Positions 26,190 to 38,668 of a DNA stretch of 64,000 nucleotides are shown one piece after another; within the stretch, counting starts at the first letter, position 1; each line of letters opens with the position of its first letter. The notes below the pieces were generated by a model. The model saw only the letters and a list, made by a program, of their open reading frames with translations, was not told where the DNA came from and made no database searches. The position numbers and the translations under genes were made by a program. Origin of the DNA: the human T2T-CHM13v2.0 reference genome, Homo sapiens; NCBI RefSeq assembly GCF_009914755.1, contig NC_060927.1, one strand, 5' to 3'.

Positions 26190-26700
26190 CCAATATATTT
26201 AGTACTATAAAGACCACACCATAAGCATGGTATAGTGTTCTGGACATCACCTTTGAAGAAGGATATTATATGGTGCAGTTTGTGTGAACGAGAGCTGCAT
26301 GGATAACTGAGATCTCAGCTCATGCCACATAATTAACTAATGGACTAATTAGGGATATTCACCCTACACAAGAGGCCAATCAGAAAGCAAACTAACAAAC
26401 TTGATAGTGGTTTTCACATATTTGAGGGATTCTTATGGTAAAGATCAACCAGACTTGTTTTTTTAAGATATTCAGTGGTTAGGAGGTAGGTGAAAAATGT
26501 AATGCTATGTTTTCATTTTAATATAGGAAAACTCCAAATATTTAGAATCACTTGTTAAAACTATAATAGTCTGCCTTAAAAATAACAGTGTTTTTTTTGG
26601 TCGTGGAAATGGTAAAGGAACACCTAAATAGTCACTGAGTTATGAGGCTGTGTAATACAATTGAAGATCTAACTAATACTTGAATTAACTATATATCAGT
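26190..26700 (+). mobile_element. L3/CR1 LINE relic
   Basis: AGACCACACC...GTTCTGGACATCACCTTTGAAGAAGGATAT...TAGGGATATTCACCCTACACAAGAG...TTTTCACATATTTGAGGG mirrors the CR1 C-terminus (RPHLEY..QFWAPHFKKD..LGLFSLEKRR..VFKYLKG). Confidence 0.65.
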
Positions 26701-26789
26701 GTGCCCTGTAAGTTTGATTATTTCTGAATATGTGGGATAAAATTATTGTAGAGGTTGATTTAAAAGGTAATGATACATTAAAAACACAA

Positions 26790-28895
26790 AATGCTGACAT
26801 CAGTTTATCAAAATATGTATTAACCCTGTACACTGAAAACTACAAAATAATGCTGAGAGAAATGAAAAAAGACCTAAATAAATGGTGATATATAACAAAT
26901 TTATGTATTAGGAGATTCCATGTTTTTAAGGTGTTAATTTTCCCCCAAATCATTTACAATTCAATGAAATCCAAATAAAAATTTCAACAGAAATATTTTG
27001 GTAAAAATAGTTAAGTTGAATCTAAAGTGTATTTCAAGAGGCAAACAATCTAAAATAATTAAGTGTTTTTGTAAAATAAGAACAAAGCTAGAAATCTTGC
27101 ACTACCATGGTTTCAAATCTTACTATAAAGCTACAGTAATCAAGACAATGTGGTATTGGCAACAGGATAAAGATATAGTTTCATGAAACAGTAATGATTT
27201 TAGAAATAGATCTCCACATATAGGGGTCAATAGGTTTTTGATAAATATGTCAAAATAATTCAATGGGTAAAAGAACAATATTTTCACCGATTTAATATTA
27301 GAACAATGAACAAGAACAAATGGAAATTTACATAAATAATACGAACTTCAAACTGTTATCTTACAAAATTAATTTAAGGTAGGCCATTTATCTAAAGATA
27401 AAAGCTAAGATTATAAAGCTTCTGGATATAAACATAACTAGACAAAAACTTCCAAGAGACACTTAAAACATTGCTATAATAGAAAAAAATAATAGATTTG
27501 ACTCCAGGAAAATGAAAAACATTTTCTTATCAAAAGTGATTATTATGAAAATGAAAACTACTGTGGTCAGAATATTTGTGTCCCTGGTTAATTCACATGC
27601 TGAGTTCTTAACCACCAAGGTGATGGCATTAGGAGGTGGGGCCTTTGGCAGGTGATTAGATCATGATTGGGATGTAAAAAAAGACCCCAAAAAGCTAACC
27701 TGCCCCTTCCACCATGTGAGGACACAGCTAGAAAGTGCTGTCTATGAAGAAAGGTGGTCCTTACCAGATGCTGTATCTGCCAGTGTCATGATCTTTAACT
27801 TCCCAGGTTTCAGAATTGTGAGAAATAAATTTCCATTGTTTATAAGCTACCATGTGTATATTTTGTTATAGCAGTCTGAATGGACTAAGACAAAAAGAAA
27901 AGCCACAGACTGAGAAAAATATTCACAATATGTATATCTGACAAGAATTTATAAATTTGTATCTCATATATATATTTTTATACCTATATATATGAATATA
28001 GACAGATAAATGTAAAAATAAATGCAATCCCATCAAGAAAAACAAATCAATCAATAGGAAAATGGGCAAAATACTTGAATAGACATTTCACAAAAGAGGA
28101 TATGTGAATGGAAAGCAAGCATGAGAAAGATGCTCAGCATTATTTGTTATCAGGAAGAGCCAAGCTAAAATTACAACTAGGTACAATTCCCCATCTAATA
28201 GAATGGCTAAGATTGAAAAGATTTACAACAAATGCTGGCAAGGGTTTAGAGCAACTTGAACACTTAGACAATATAGGTGGGAAAAAAACTGATAGAGCCA
28301 CTTTGGAAAACTATTTTACAGTTTCTTGTAAATGTAAACATATACCAACTGTATCAACCAATGATTTCATTTCTAAGTATTTACTCAAGAAACATGAAAA
28401 CATTAGTCCATTAAAAAGACTTGTACATGAATATTCATAGCAGTTTTATTTATAAGAGCCAGGAACTAAAAACAACTTAAATATTTATTAGCAGGTGAAT
28501 TGACGAACAAATTTTCATCAATTTGTAGAACAGGGTATTACCAAAAATAAAAAGAAACAAACTACTTCTATAGCAACTGCATGGATGAATATAAAAGACA
28601 GTGTATTATAGAAAGCCAGATGCAAGTAAGTTTATACTGTATGAATCCATTTCCATAAAATGTTAGAAAGGTAAAATAATCTTTAGTAACAGAAGGTATA
28701 TTAGTAATTTTCAGGTGCTTTGATGGGAAAGATTTGAGGCAGAGTCATTTTTTGGGGTAATAGAAATATTTTGTACTTTAATTTTGATGATAACTACACA
28801 GATATATATATTTATTGAAACTCATTAATTGTATACTTTAAAAAATGCATTTTATTTCTAGAAATCATACCTCAATAAAGTTACTTTAAGAAAAG
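26790..28895 (+). mobile_element. Old L1M (L1ME/MC-like) ORF2 3' part plus 3' UTR, interrupted by an MLT1 LTR
   Basis: ORF track fragment FKSYYKATVIKTMWYW; GGGCAAAATACTTGAATAGACATTTCAC; ends ATACCTCAATAAAG. Confidence 0.85.
27559..27892 (+). mobile_element. MaLR solo LTR (MLT1A0-like) nested in L1M
   Basis: GGTGATGGCATTAGGAGGTGGGGCCTTTGG...AGAAATAAATTTCCATTGTTTATAAGCTACC...GGACTAAGACA. TSD AAAAC/AAAAG. Confidence 0.85.
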
Positions 28896-28992
28896 ATGAT
28901 GACCAAAATGCACATGCTAAAAGTAATCCGAATATAGAGCTAAAATATTATAGAATCCTCTTAGCCATTATTTTAGAAAAAAGAACACAGTA

Positions 28993-29386
28993 TTCCATGC
29001 AGCCATAAAAAATGATGAGTTCATGTCCTTTGTAGGGACATGGATGAAATTGGAAATCATCATTCTCAGTAAACTATCGCAAGAACAAAAAACCAAACAC
29101 CACATATTCTCACTCATAGGTGGGAATTGAACAATGAGATCACATGGACACAGGAAGGGGAATATCACACTCTGGGGACTGTGGTGGGGAGGGGGGAGGG
29201 GGGGAGGGGGGAGGGATAGCATTGGGAGATATACCTAATGCTAGATGACGAATTAGTGGGTGCAGCGCACCAGCATGGCACATGTATACATATGTAACTA
29301 ACCTGCACAATGTGCATATGTACCCTAAAACTTAAAGTATAATTAAAAAAATAATAATAAAAATTAGAAAATGTAAAAAAAAAAAA
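28993..29386 (+). mobile_element. 5'-truncated L1PA2-like 3' end
   Basis: ACAATGAGATCACATGG, GGGAATATCACAC, GATGACGAATTAGTGGG, CTTAAAGTAT. TSD AAAAAAGAACACAGTA at 28977-28992 / 29387-29402. Confidence 0.93.
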
Positions 29387-29415
29387 AAAAAAGAACACAG
29401 TAAAAGCATTGTTCA

Positions 29416-29829
<414 letters not shown>

Positions 29830-30205
29830 TTAGAACAGGCTTGAAAGAATGTTCTCCTGGTACATCATACCAAACTGTCTTTTCAATAAAAAAGACATAT
29901 GGCATTAATTATAAGATGTTTATGTGAAAGGTACATGTTAATTTTCATATGAAAGAACCTGCATAAAATAGTTTTATGACTACTATCATCATTATTATAA
30001 TGCCTCCAAGATACTCCCCCAGCTTGGAAAAATAATTCAAATTTCATGTCAATTGCAGCATGATAAATCCAAGAGGTTGCTGTTACCACATTGAGAATAA
30101 TAGCCCTTTTTCTTTGAAATCAGCAGGGAAAATGGAAGCAAAATAAAATGCAAGTGCTGATATTTCTCAATGTTCCTAGATCACTGGCAGGTTGAAGAAA
30201 TAAGC

Positions 30206-30216
30206 CGTGTGTGTGT

Positions 30217-30249
<33 letters not shown>
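30206..30249. repeat. (GT)n microsatellite
   Basis: Seen directly, with one interruption. Confidence 0.95.
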
Positions 30250-30252
<3 letters not shown>

Positions 30253-31067
30253 AATTACTGGGTTCAAGCTATTCCTGCTTTCTTCTGGTTACAATTAGCA
30301 CTTGAGACAAAAGCTTTGGACACAGGTTCAGACTTGTCTTGTCAGGGACTTTTTTCTCTCATAGCCATGTGTTGTGAACATCTGCTTTTTGGGTTCTGGG
30401 CTTTTCTCTTCTGCATGGATTTCTAGTACCTACTAGTTCTCTGCTACTTTGTCTGTTTTCTCTGAACTCCAACTCTGGCTGTGTCGTTAAGGTATCCATT
30501 ATGGCTGACTAGCTCATAAGACTTCTGGGTAACCCAACACCATGGGTAGAACAGATATCAGCTAAGTTAGAGTAGAATGGTTTTATATAGCTAGCTGAGA
30601 ATAATATTTCTCTTTTTAGTAAAAAAAACTTATAAAGTTATACATTTATGCATGCACATAATAATAAAATAAAATGGATAGAAATGCTAAAATAAAATTG
30701 ACAGAAAGGCTAAAACAAAATCTACAAAAAGGCCAAAATAAAAAGCTAGCAACTTTCAGCTTCAGCATATTCCTTCAACCGCCCTGTATCTTACCCCCCA
30801 AAAAAACTATTGTTAATCTTTTCTATTTTCATATATCTTATGGATTTCTTTCCTAAGTATAAACAACAGGCATATAACACTGTTTACTGACTATTTATAC
30901 ATTATTGACTGGAAATGAAGACATTTCATTTACAGTCTAATCTATCATTCTTACCCCTCTATGCTTTATACTTATGTGATTATTATTAATTTAGTCATAG
31001 TTTTCCCTAGATATCCCTAGTTAATTTAGAGAAATTGCTTGTTCATATAACTTCTCCTTTCCTTCCT

Positions 31068-31351
31068 TAGAACAGGGTCTTTATGTTCAAACAGGCTGGA
31101 GTGCAGTGTCATGACCATAGCTCACTAAAGCCTCGACCTCCTGGGCTCAAGTGATCCTCCTGCCTTAACCTCCAAAGTAGCTGGGACCATGGGTGCATGC
31201 CATGATGCTCAGCTTTTTTAAAGCACTTTTTTGTAGAAAGGGGGTCTCTTTATATTGGCCAGGCTGCTCTTGAACTCCTGGCCTGAAGCAACCCTCTCAC
31301 TGTGGCCTCCTAAAGTGCTGGGATTATAGGCATGAGCCCTTGTGCACAGCC
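31068..31351 (-). mobile_element. AluJ element
   Basis: CATAGCTCACT..AGCCTCGACCTCCTGGGCTCAAGTGATCCTCC carries AluJ-type bases. Diverged. Confidence 0.9.
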
Positions 31352-32221
31352 TCATTAACTCTTGAAACCTATCTTTATTATTTCTTCAAATATTTTATTC
31401 TATCCATTTATCCTGTTCCCTTTTCAACAGTCCTGTTTTCAAGATGATGAAACATTTATTTCTATTATCCATATTTTTAGCTTTAACTTTTTTTGTCACT
31501 TTTTTTCTTGCTGCATGCCAAATAAGCTCCTCAATCACATATCCAATTTACTATTCTTTCAGCTGTCCATTTATTCTGCTGTTTGTTCCAAATATTGCAC
31601 TCTTTAATTAATTTTATTAATATCTGTATCTAATAAAACCACTTGATTTTAAAGGTTTTTTTTTTGTTTTTTATTACCAATCTGTTTCTTTATATCTCAA
31701 ATGTATTTTGAAATGTTTATCTTAGATTCTTGTTTTCCCAAGTTCCAGAATTTTGCAACAGATGTTATGTTTACAGTTGTTTTCAGTTTACTTTCTTTTG
31801 GCCACCTATATTCTCCTGAAACATCAACTATATGACATAATAGTGTATACTGAGGAAGAAGTGTGTATTGAAATCCATGCCCCAGTTAGATTTCGAAAGG
31901 AAGAAGATGATATTGATGGCACAGGACCAAGCCCATGAAAACAATGTTAATCACTGTCCTCTGCTGGCTTTCCCCTGGACAACTCCTTAGGTCTGGATTT
32001 TGCTTCAGGGAGAAACAGCATTGGCCAGAGCAGTCTTCCTAGGTTGAAATCCCTAGACTTGGTGTTTGGAAGGATGGGATGGATGAAAGGTTTTTTTTGA
32101 GCAATGCTAGCCAGCCCACAGTTGCTTTAATCAATTTCTTGTGCCAACAGAGCTTTTGCATAGCCCAAATTTTCCCCTTAAAATACTAGTATCCTGATTT
32201 CTGAGGATGTATGTGGTATAA

Positions 32222-32671
32222 TGTCAGAGAAAACCAGAGCTAGACAGAAGTTAAAGTGGTGAAGGCAAATTTCATTCAAGGCTATTGTAATAGGGGAAAT
32301 GAGACCCCAGTATAGAAATGGGCACCATTCCTAATACAGCAGGGAGAGGTGGGGGATTTATAGCCAAGGAGCAGGGAAGTTGGTATGGCAAATTACTAAG
32401 GGGAAACATCATGTCTGGGGAGAATTCTGACTGAACCAACCTAACAAAATTCCTGCTGAAGGCAGGCCAAGGGATAAGATACCAAGGATGGGTTATGAGG
32501 AATTTTAACCAGATATTGAGAGCTATCAGGTAATAAGAATGGGGAATTCTTTCTAAACTGACTTGGCAGGGTTCTTTTCTAAAACTGGATTTTACAAAGA
32601 AGTGTATATATGGGACTACAAAAAGGTTCAGGAGTCTGACTAAAGTTTAGTCAAGCAAAGAATCTTCACTA
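32222..32671 (-). mobile_element. Solo ERV1 LTR (MER31/MER67/MER93-like, MER4 group)
   Basis: Minus strand AAGATTCTTTGCTTGACTAAACTTTAGTCAGACTCCTGAACC. Shares motifs (GATTTATAGCCAA, AAATTACTAAG) with the LTR at 651-1072. Confidence 0.7.
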
Positions 32672-32746
32672 ATAGGAGCAAGGAATAGTAATCCCAAGTC
32701 AACTTTCAAGAGAGATTAGTGGATACCTTTAAAGCTTTTTTCCAAC

Positions 32747-33251
32747 TGATGCAGGACAGGCAAGCGCCAAAATTGGGGCTTAGCCCAGGAGGGTTCTTGG
32801 CTTCACCCAGGAAAGAATTCAAGGGCAAATTGGTGATATTAGACAGCAATCTTCTATTGAACAATAGAACTCCTTGCAGAGCGGGGCTAACTTATAAGCA
32901 ACTGTGTTTATACTCACTTAAATCCACTTACCATTACATGCAAATTGAGGGGCAAGTCAATGCAAATTGAGGGTGGGTTAATTAGAACTTTGTAGGAAAG
33001 AGGTGGTAACTTCTGGGTCATTGCCATTGAAAGGTATGGTTACTTTCAGGTCATTGCCGTGGCATTTATAAACTGTCATGGCTCTGGTGGGAGTGTCTTA
33101 TGCTAATGAGCAATGACGGGAACCCAGGAATTACCCTGGTGGCCATTTGCTGGTTCCTGCAGATTTCTTCACTTTATCCTTTCTGGATTGGATCCTATTT
33201 TGATCAGCAGGGTTTTGACCAAAAAACAATTCCTGCTGAGGTCCTACTTCA
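32747..33251 (-). mobile_element. Solo ERV1 LTR (MER51-like)
   Basis: TG...CA termini; TGATGCAGGACAGGCAAGCGCCAAAATTGGGGCTTAGCCC. Perfect 4-bp TSD CAAC at 32743-32746 / 33252-33255. Confidence 0.85.
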
Positions 33252-33281
33252 CAACCCACCCCTTTACTGCTAGCTCAATAG

Positions 33282-33307
33282 ACACACACACACACACACA
33301 CACACAC
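33282..33307. repeat. (CA)n microsatellite
   Basis: Seen directly. Confidence 0.9.
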
Positions 33308-34559
33308 TTATTCACATCAGTTTGGGACAGCTTTCAACCTGGAGGAAGTGATTTCTCATTTGTTTTCTTAGTCCCTGACATCCATAATATTCTCCTAATT
33401 TAGATGGGCACTATTAATCCAGATTTTCTTTTAATCTGTCTTTGTTTACCCTACTTTTCATTCCTACTATCTATCACATTTTCACACTCTGACCTTGGTG
33501 TTCTATAATAACAATTTAATGTGAATCACTTCTCTCACTAAGCTCCATCTATCTGCCAGGTCTACAACTTCATAAGTTGTTTTATTCCAGTATTTTTAAA
33601 ATTTATTTGACCATAATCCATACTATCAATTGTCTTTTTTATTATAAGCCTGAATATAACTACAGACATATGTATACTGTATATATGAATTATTTTCCTT
33701 AAAAAATACCTAATTTTATTATAATCAAATACACTTTTTCCCATTATATTTCATTAAAAGTATGTGCCATGATCCGTGATTCCTGAAAAAATTCCATGAA
33801 AAACAACTTGGTATATCCCCCCGAGTTTCACATTGTTCTTATCTCTTCACTTTTATATTTTATTCACATCTATTATTCTTATTCTAGATTTTCTTCTTTT
33901 CTTTTCTTTCTTCTTTTTGTATTTATTTCCAGTCTATCCTCGGTTTTACTCTTTTGACAATATTTCCAGCCTACTTATCCTGCCATCTTTCTGTGCAAAA
34001 TCCAGGCAGAAAAAAATCAATTATGGAATTAATTCAATTGGTCATCTTCAGCTGTCTTCTCCCAGGTAGCTGAATTGGACTGGAGAAAAATTAACAAACC
34101 ACTCAAGCTAATGCTAATATTAATGTATTATCCAAAAATTTGATACAAATTTTAAATTATCTTATATTACTTATAAACTTCTGTAGTCTATTCTCTCATA
34201 CTTTCTCCATAGCTGTTATTTAAACATTTATTTTCTCATATATCTCACACTCTCACATCTTTCTTTGCCCTACACTAAGCGAATGTCCTCCTAACCTAAT
34301 TTACAGAAAATAGACTATATTGTGGCTTTACACTTGAAGATTTCTTCTGCAAATCCCAATAGAACAAAGTTTGAAAATCGCTGCAATAAATAGTGAAGAC
34401 TCACAACAGGTTTAAGAAGAGCGTAGCAAATTTAGAAAAAATCACTCTGCCAAACGGGTTGAGTAAAAATCATGAAGATCACATAGGGACCTACTGGTGA
34501 GGTCTACAGAAAAGCTGAGGGTTTGAACTAAAGTAACAGCAGAAGCAGAGAGAGAAATT

Positions 34560-35935
34560 AGCACTATTTAATATATTTGAAAGTCCTATTAATTTACTGA
34601 ATTCCTATAGTGTGACAGATATCCCTACCTTCATTATCTTCATTTTCATGGAGGAAAAAATCGTAATTTTCAAATAAATGATGCATATTGCTACTTAAGA
34701 TATATGTGTGTTTTAGAGAAAAGTTAGAGAATATGGATATGGAATCCCAAGAGTAAAAACTTCAATGAGAAAGTCAAGAAAAGGTTCAGTTAGAAGGTGA
34801 CATTTGAACAAGGACGCAAAGTCAACTATGAGAGAGCCAACTATGGTAATGCAAGGATGGATTAAAGTTCTTGACAAAGGAAGAGTAGGTGAAAGGCCCT
34901 GAGACAGGAACAGGTCTAGTGTGTCTGAGAAATGAAAATAATACTGTTGTTACTGGAGCATGGTATGTGAGGGAACAAATGTTAGAGAGAGGATCAAGAG
35001 AGAACCAGGGGTCAGATTGTGTAGGTACCTCGTAGGTCACTGTAATGTCATTGGCATTTATTCTGCGTAAGATCAGAAAACAATAGAGGGATTTGAGTAG
35101 AGGAATGATTTACCTTTTAAGAGGCTTGCTCTGGCTATTGTGTTGAGAATACACTACAGTGGAAGAAAAGTGTCAAGATAGAAACCTCTTTCAAGTTAGA
35201 GATTATCATAGCTTGGTACAGGGAGACAACAGTAGAAATGATGGGAAATGATCAAATTCTGGATGCAAAGTAAAGCTAGCAGTATTTGCTTAAGAAGTAG
35301 ATGGATGATGTGAAAAAAAGAGGAAACAAGAATATCTTCAAGGTTTTTGGACTAAACAGTTAAAGGATAAGGTAGCCAATTGCTGAGCTGGATAAGAGTT
35401 TAGAAGTGGAAGGAGTTTTGGAGAAGATTAATTCAGTTTGGCATGTTAAATCTGATATGCTCATTAGACATCCAAGTCATATGTTAAGTAGGCAATTGTA
35501 GCTATAAGTCTGAAATTCAAAGGAAAGTTTAGGTTGTAGATTTACATTTGCAATCTATAAACATACAGATGGTACTGAAAGCACAAGATTAAATGAGGAC
35601 ACCAAGAAAACAAGTATGAGAAGAAAAAAAAGTTTTCCAAGAACTGAATCCTTGGGCATTCCAAGGTTTATTTAAGTCAGGGAATGAGGAAGAACCATGA
35701 AATGAAACTGAGAATGGGTTAGGAAGAGTTTACTGTCCAGACAGCCAAGTGAAGGAAGTGTTTCTAGGAAAGGGGAGTGATAAAAAACAGCATCAAATCT
35801 ATATAAAAAAAGAATAAGATGAAAACTAGAGTTGTTTGTTACATTTAACAGTGTGGGTAGAGATTGTGACCTTGTTAAGAACAGTTTCAGTGGAACTATG
35901 AGGAGAAAAGGAGTTGGAGAGAACTCTTACATTGA
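34560..35935 (-). mobile_element. L2 LINE 3' portion (further pieces continue to about 36870)
   Basis: Purine-rich antisense L2 motifs: AAAGGCCCTGAGACAGGAACA, TCAGTTTGGCATGTTAAATCTGATATGC...TAGACATCCAAGT, AGAACAGTTTCAGTGGA. Confidence 0.8.
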
Positions 35936-35939
35936 TGGA

Positions 35940-36340
35940 TTTTTATTTATTTAATAGACTATATTTAGAGCAGTTTTCAGTTCACAGGAAATAGAGCTGG
36001 AAAGTACAGAGATTTTTCATACACATCTCAACCCCCTCACACATGTACATATCCTCCTTCATTATCAACTTTCCCTATTAGAATGGTAATTTGTTGCAAT
36101 TGATGAATCTGCATTGGCATGTCACTATTTTCCAGAGTTCTTAGTTTACATTATGGTTGTAATGTAAACTTGGTGTACATTTTGCAGGTTTGAACAAATG
36201 TATAATGGCATGTATCCAACATTACAGTACCATACAGAGTAATCTCATTGCTGTAAAATCCTCCATGCTCCACTTATTCATCATTCCCTTTCCCCCAATC
36301 CCTGGCAGCAACTGATATTTTTATTGTCTACATAGTTTTG
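35940..36340 (-). mobile_element. L1MC/MD 3'-end fragment inserted in L2
   Basis: TTTAGAGCAGTTTTCAGTTCACAG...AAAGTACAGAGAT. Homologous to 40150-40480 and 58255-58640. Confidence 0.8.
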
Positions 36341-36540
36341 TCAGGCTTTGGTCAGTTTTTTTAAATATATAAAATATTTCATAAAATATATAAAACATTA
36401 CATAAAAGCATTAACATGTTTGGATTGAGATAATGGTTACATAGTAAAGAGAGAAAATTGTTACTATGTTTGCAAGGAGGACAATTGCTGGATCAGTGTC
36501 ATGGAGGAAGTTGTTGAGCTTTGTTGGTTTATCTCTCATT

Positions 36541-36578
36541 TGTCTATCTATCTATCTATCTGTCTGTCGGTCTGTCTT

Positions 36579-36622
<44 letters not shown>

Positions 36623-36659
36623 ATCTATCTATCTATCGATCTGTCTATCCATCCATCTA
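36541..36659. repeat. Compound tetranucleotide STR (TCTA)n(TCTG)n(TCTA)n(TCCA)n
   Basis: Seen directly. Confidence 0.95.
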
Positions 36660-37189
36660 ATGATAATAGGAGAGAAGCCACAATCTGTACACAGCTACAT
36701 GGTAGATGTTTTGGACACTTGTAATTTTTTTAAAAAATTGCATCTATTTTCTCAGAGAATCTCAAGCAAGGTCATCAACCAAAAGTGCAGATGGTGAAGT
36801 GGGTTTTTAATATTTGAGGAGAGGAGACATAAAGGAACTATTTAGGAAAGTGGGAGAGTAATTGACTGTAATACAAAACAATCAGTTACACAAAATTAAA
36901 ATTATATATTTTGTTTTATTTCGTAGGTCTTTCTTTCAAATCATATTTTATTATCCCAACTACTTATACAAGTAAATACATGAGGTAACTCCTCAAATAT
37001 TTCCTTTCACTGATATCCATCACTTTGGTGATTTTAGTTTAAATATAAGTTCTAAATACTTTAAGTTGAATACTGAAACTAAACTATGGGCATGATTAAT
37101 TCAATGACATCCCTATCACAAGGAAGACATGGAAATGGGAATTCATAGAAAAGGATACCGCTATGAGAAATTCACAATGTCTACTCAAG

Positions 37190-38100
37190 TTCAGTCATGA
37201 ATGGCCATTCAAAAACAACTTTATTTGTATAGTAAGGTAGAATATATAAGTGCATAAGCCAAGTTCTCTTTATGAGAAAAGGAAGTTACACATAGGGAAA
37301 AGATAAAGGCAAGAGTAAACTTCGTGGTATGGGATTGAAATCAGTAGTAGCAATATGAATTGTAGTTTGTAAAATACATATTCAGACAGACAGTTGATAG
37401 ATAGGAAAATAGATCAACGTAGATGTATGTGGGTGCATGAAGTATGTGGGTGTATAAGTGTGTGTATGTAATCTTCTAGTACTGTCCTTAGGGGGCCTAA
37501 AACCATTGACGCCCCAATAATGGACACACTGCCCACTCTGATCTCAGTTTCTATTGATAATTCTCCAATTAAAGGAGCCAGGGCTCCTTGTAGACATGGT
37601 TTATTTCAAGACTGGAGCAAGAAAAATGCAAGATGAATCCAGAGCACCTTATAGTTTTGGAAACTAAGTAAGTACTCAGAAAAAGCTGGGGGCTCACAGA
37701 AAGGAGAAAGGAACCAATGTAAAAAGAATCTTAATTGTAAAGATGGAACAATTGAGCAATAAAAGAAATAATAATAGTATTGGATCATAACCTCTAGAAT
37801 AAATACTCATGATATAAATAAACAATTTAATAAATAAATAGAGAAGAGGGAGAATGTCTCCTTACAAAAGAATTCCAATTAATAAACGTAGAAGAAACAA
37901 GTGACAGATGAAATCACCACTAGAAAAACACAGTAAAGGTTGTTGCATACAAGACATATTGAAGGTTGCTGAAAGTAGTAGGTGAAGGTTTGAGGAAAAG
38001 TAGAATATTTACATACCCAAATATCTCTTCCAAGATACTCATTACTTGTAGAGGAAAAAATAGTAATTTTGTAATATAAAACCTGGTTGACATCACCTTA
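37190..38100 (+). mobile_element. L1MC/MD 3' UTR fragment
   Basis: AAAGGAGCCAGGGCTCCTTG...AAGATGAATCCAGAGCACCTT motif. Confidence 0.6.
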
Positions 38101-38657
38101 AGTTTCTGTTGCTCCATATTTTCACCAGCATTTTGTGTTATCAATGTTATGTCCTTTTCTGTACCAGGATCAGATCTAGAACTCCATATTGCATTTACTT
38201 CTTGTTTTCCTTCAGCTTCTTCCAAACTCTAACAATTCTATTGTCTTATTTTGCCTTTCATAACCTTGACATTTTTGAAGAATATTGGTAGGTTATCTTG
38301 TAGAATATCTCTCAATTCGGTTTTATATGGTGTTTTCTCATGATTAGATTGAGGTTCTATCTTTGTTTTAGCAAGAATACTGTAAAAGGTGTGTGGTGGT
38401 ATTTCACTATTGTTTTCATTTGCAACTCTTTAATGACATATGATGTTGAGCATCTTTTTATAGGCTTATTTTATATCTGTATATGTTCTTGGTGAGGTGA
38501 GATATTTTTAAATCTTGCTCCCAGTTTTAAATTGGGTTCTTTGTTTTCTTATTGTTGAGTTTGAGTTATTTTTATATTTTGATACTAGCCCTTTAACCAA
38601 CATGTGTTTTACTATGATTTCTTTCCAGTCTGTGGGTTGTCTTTCCATTCTCTTAAT
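38101..38657 (-). mobile_element. Old L1M fragments (3' UTR and ORF2), antisense
   Basis: CCTTGACATTTTTGAAGAATATTGG; TTTTCATTTGCA...GATGTTGAGCATCTTTT. Confidence 0.65.
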
Positions 38658-38668
38658 GAAATTTGATA

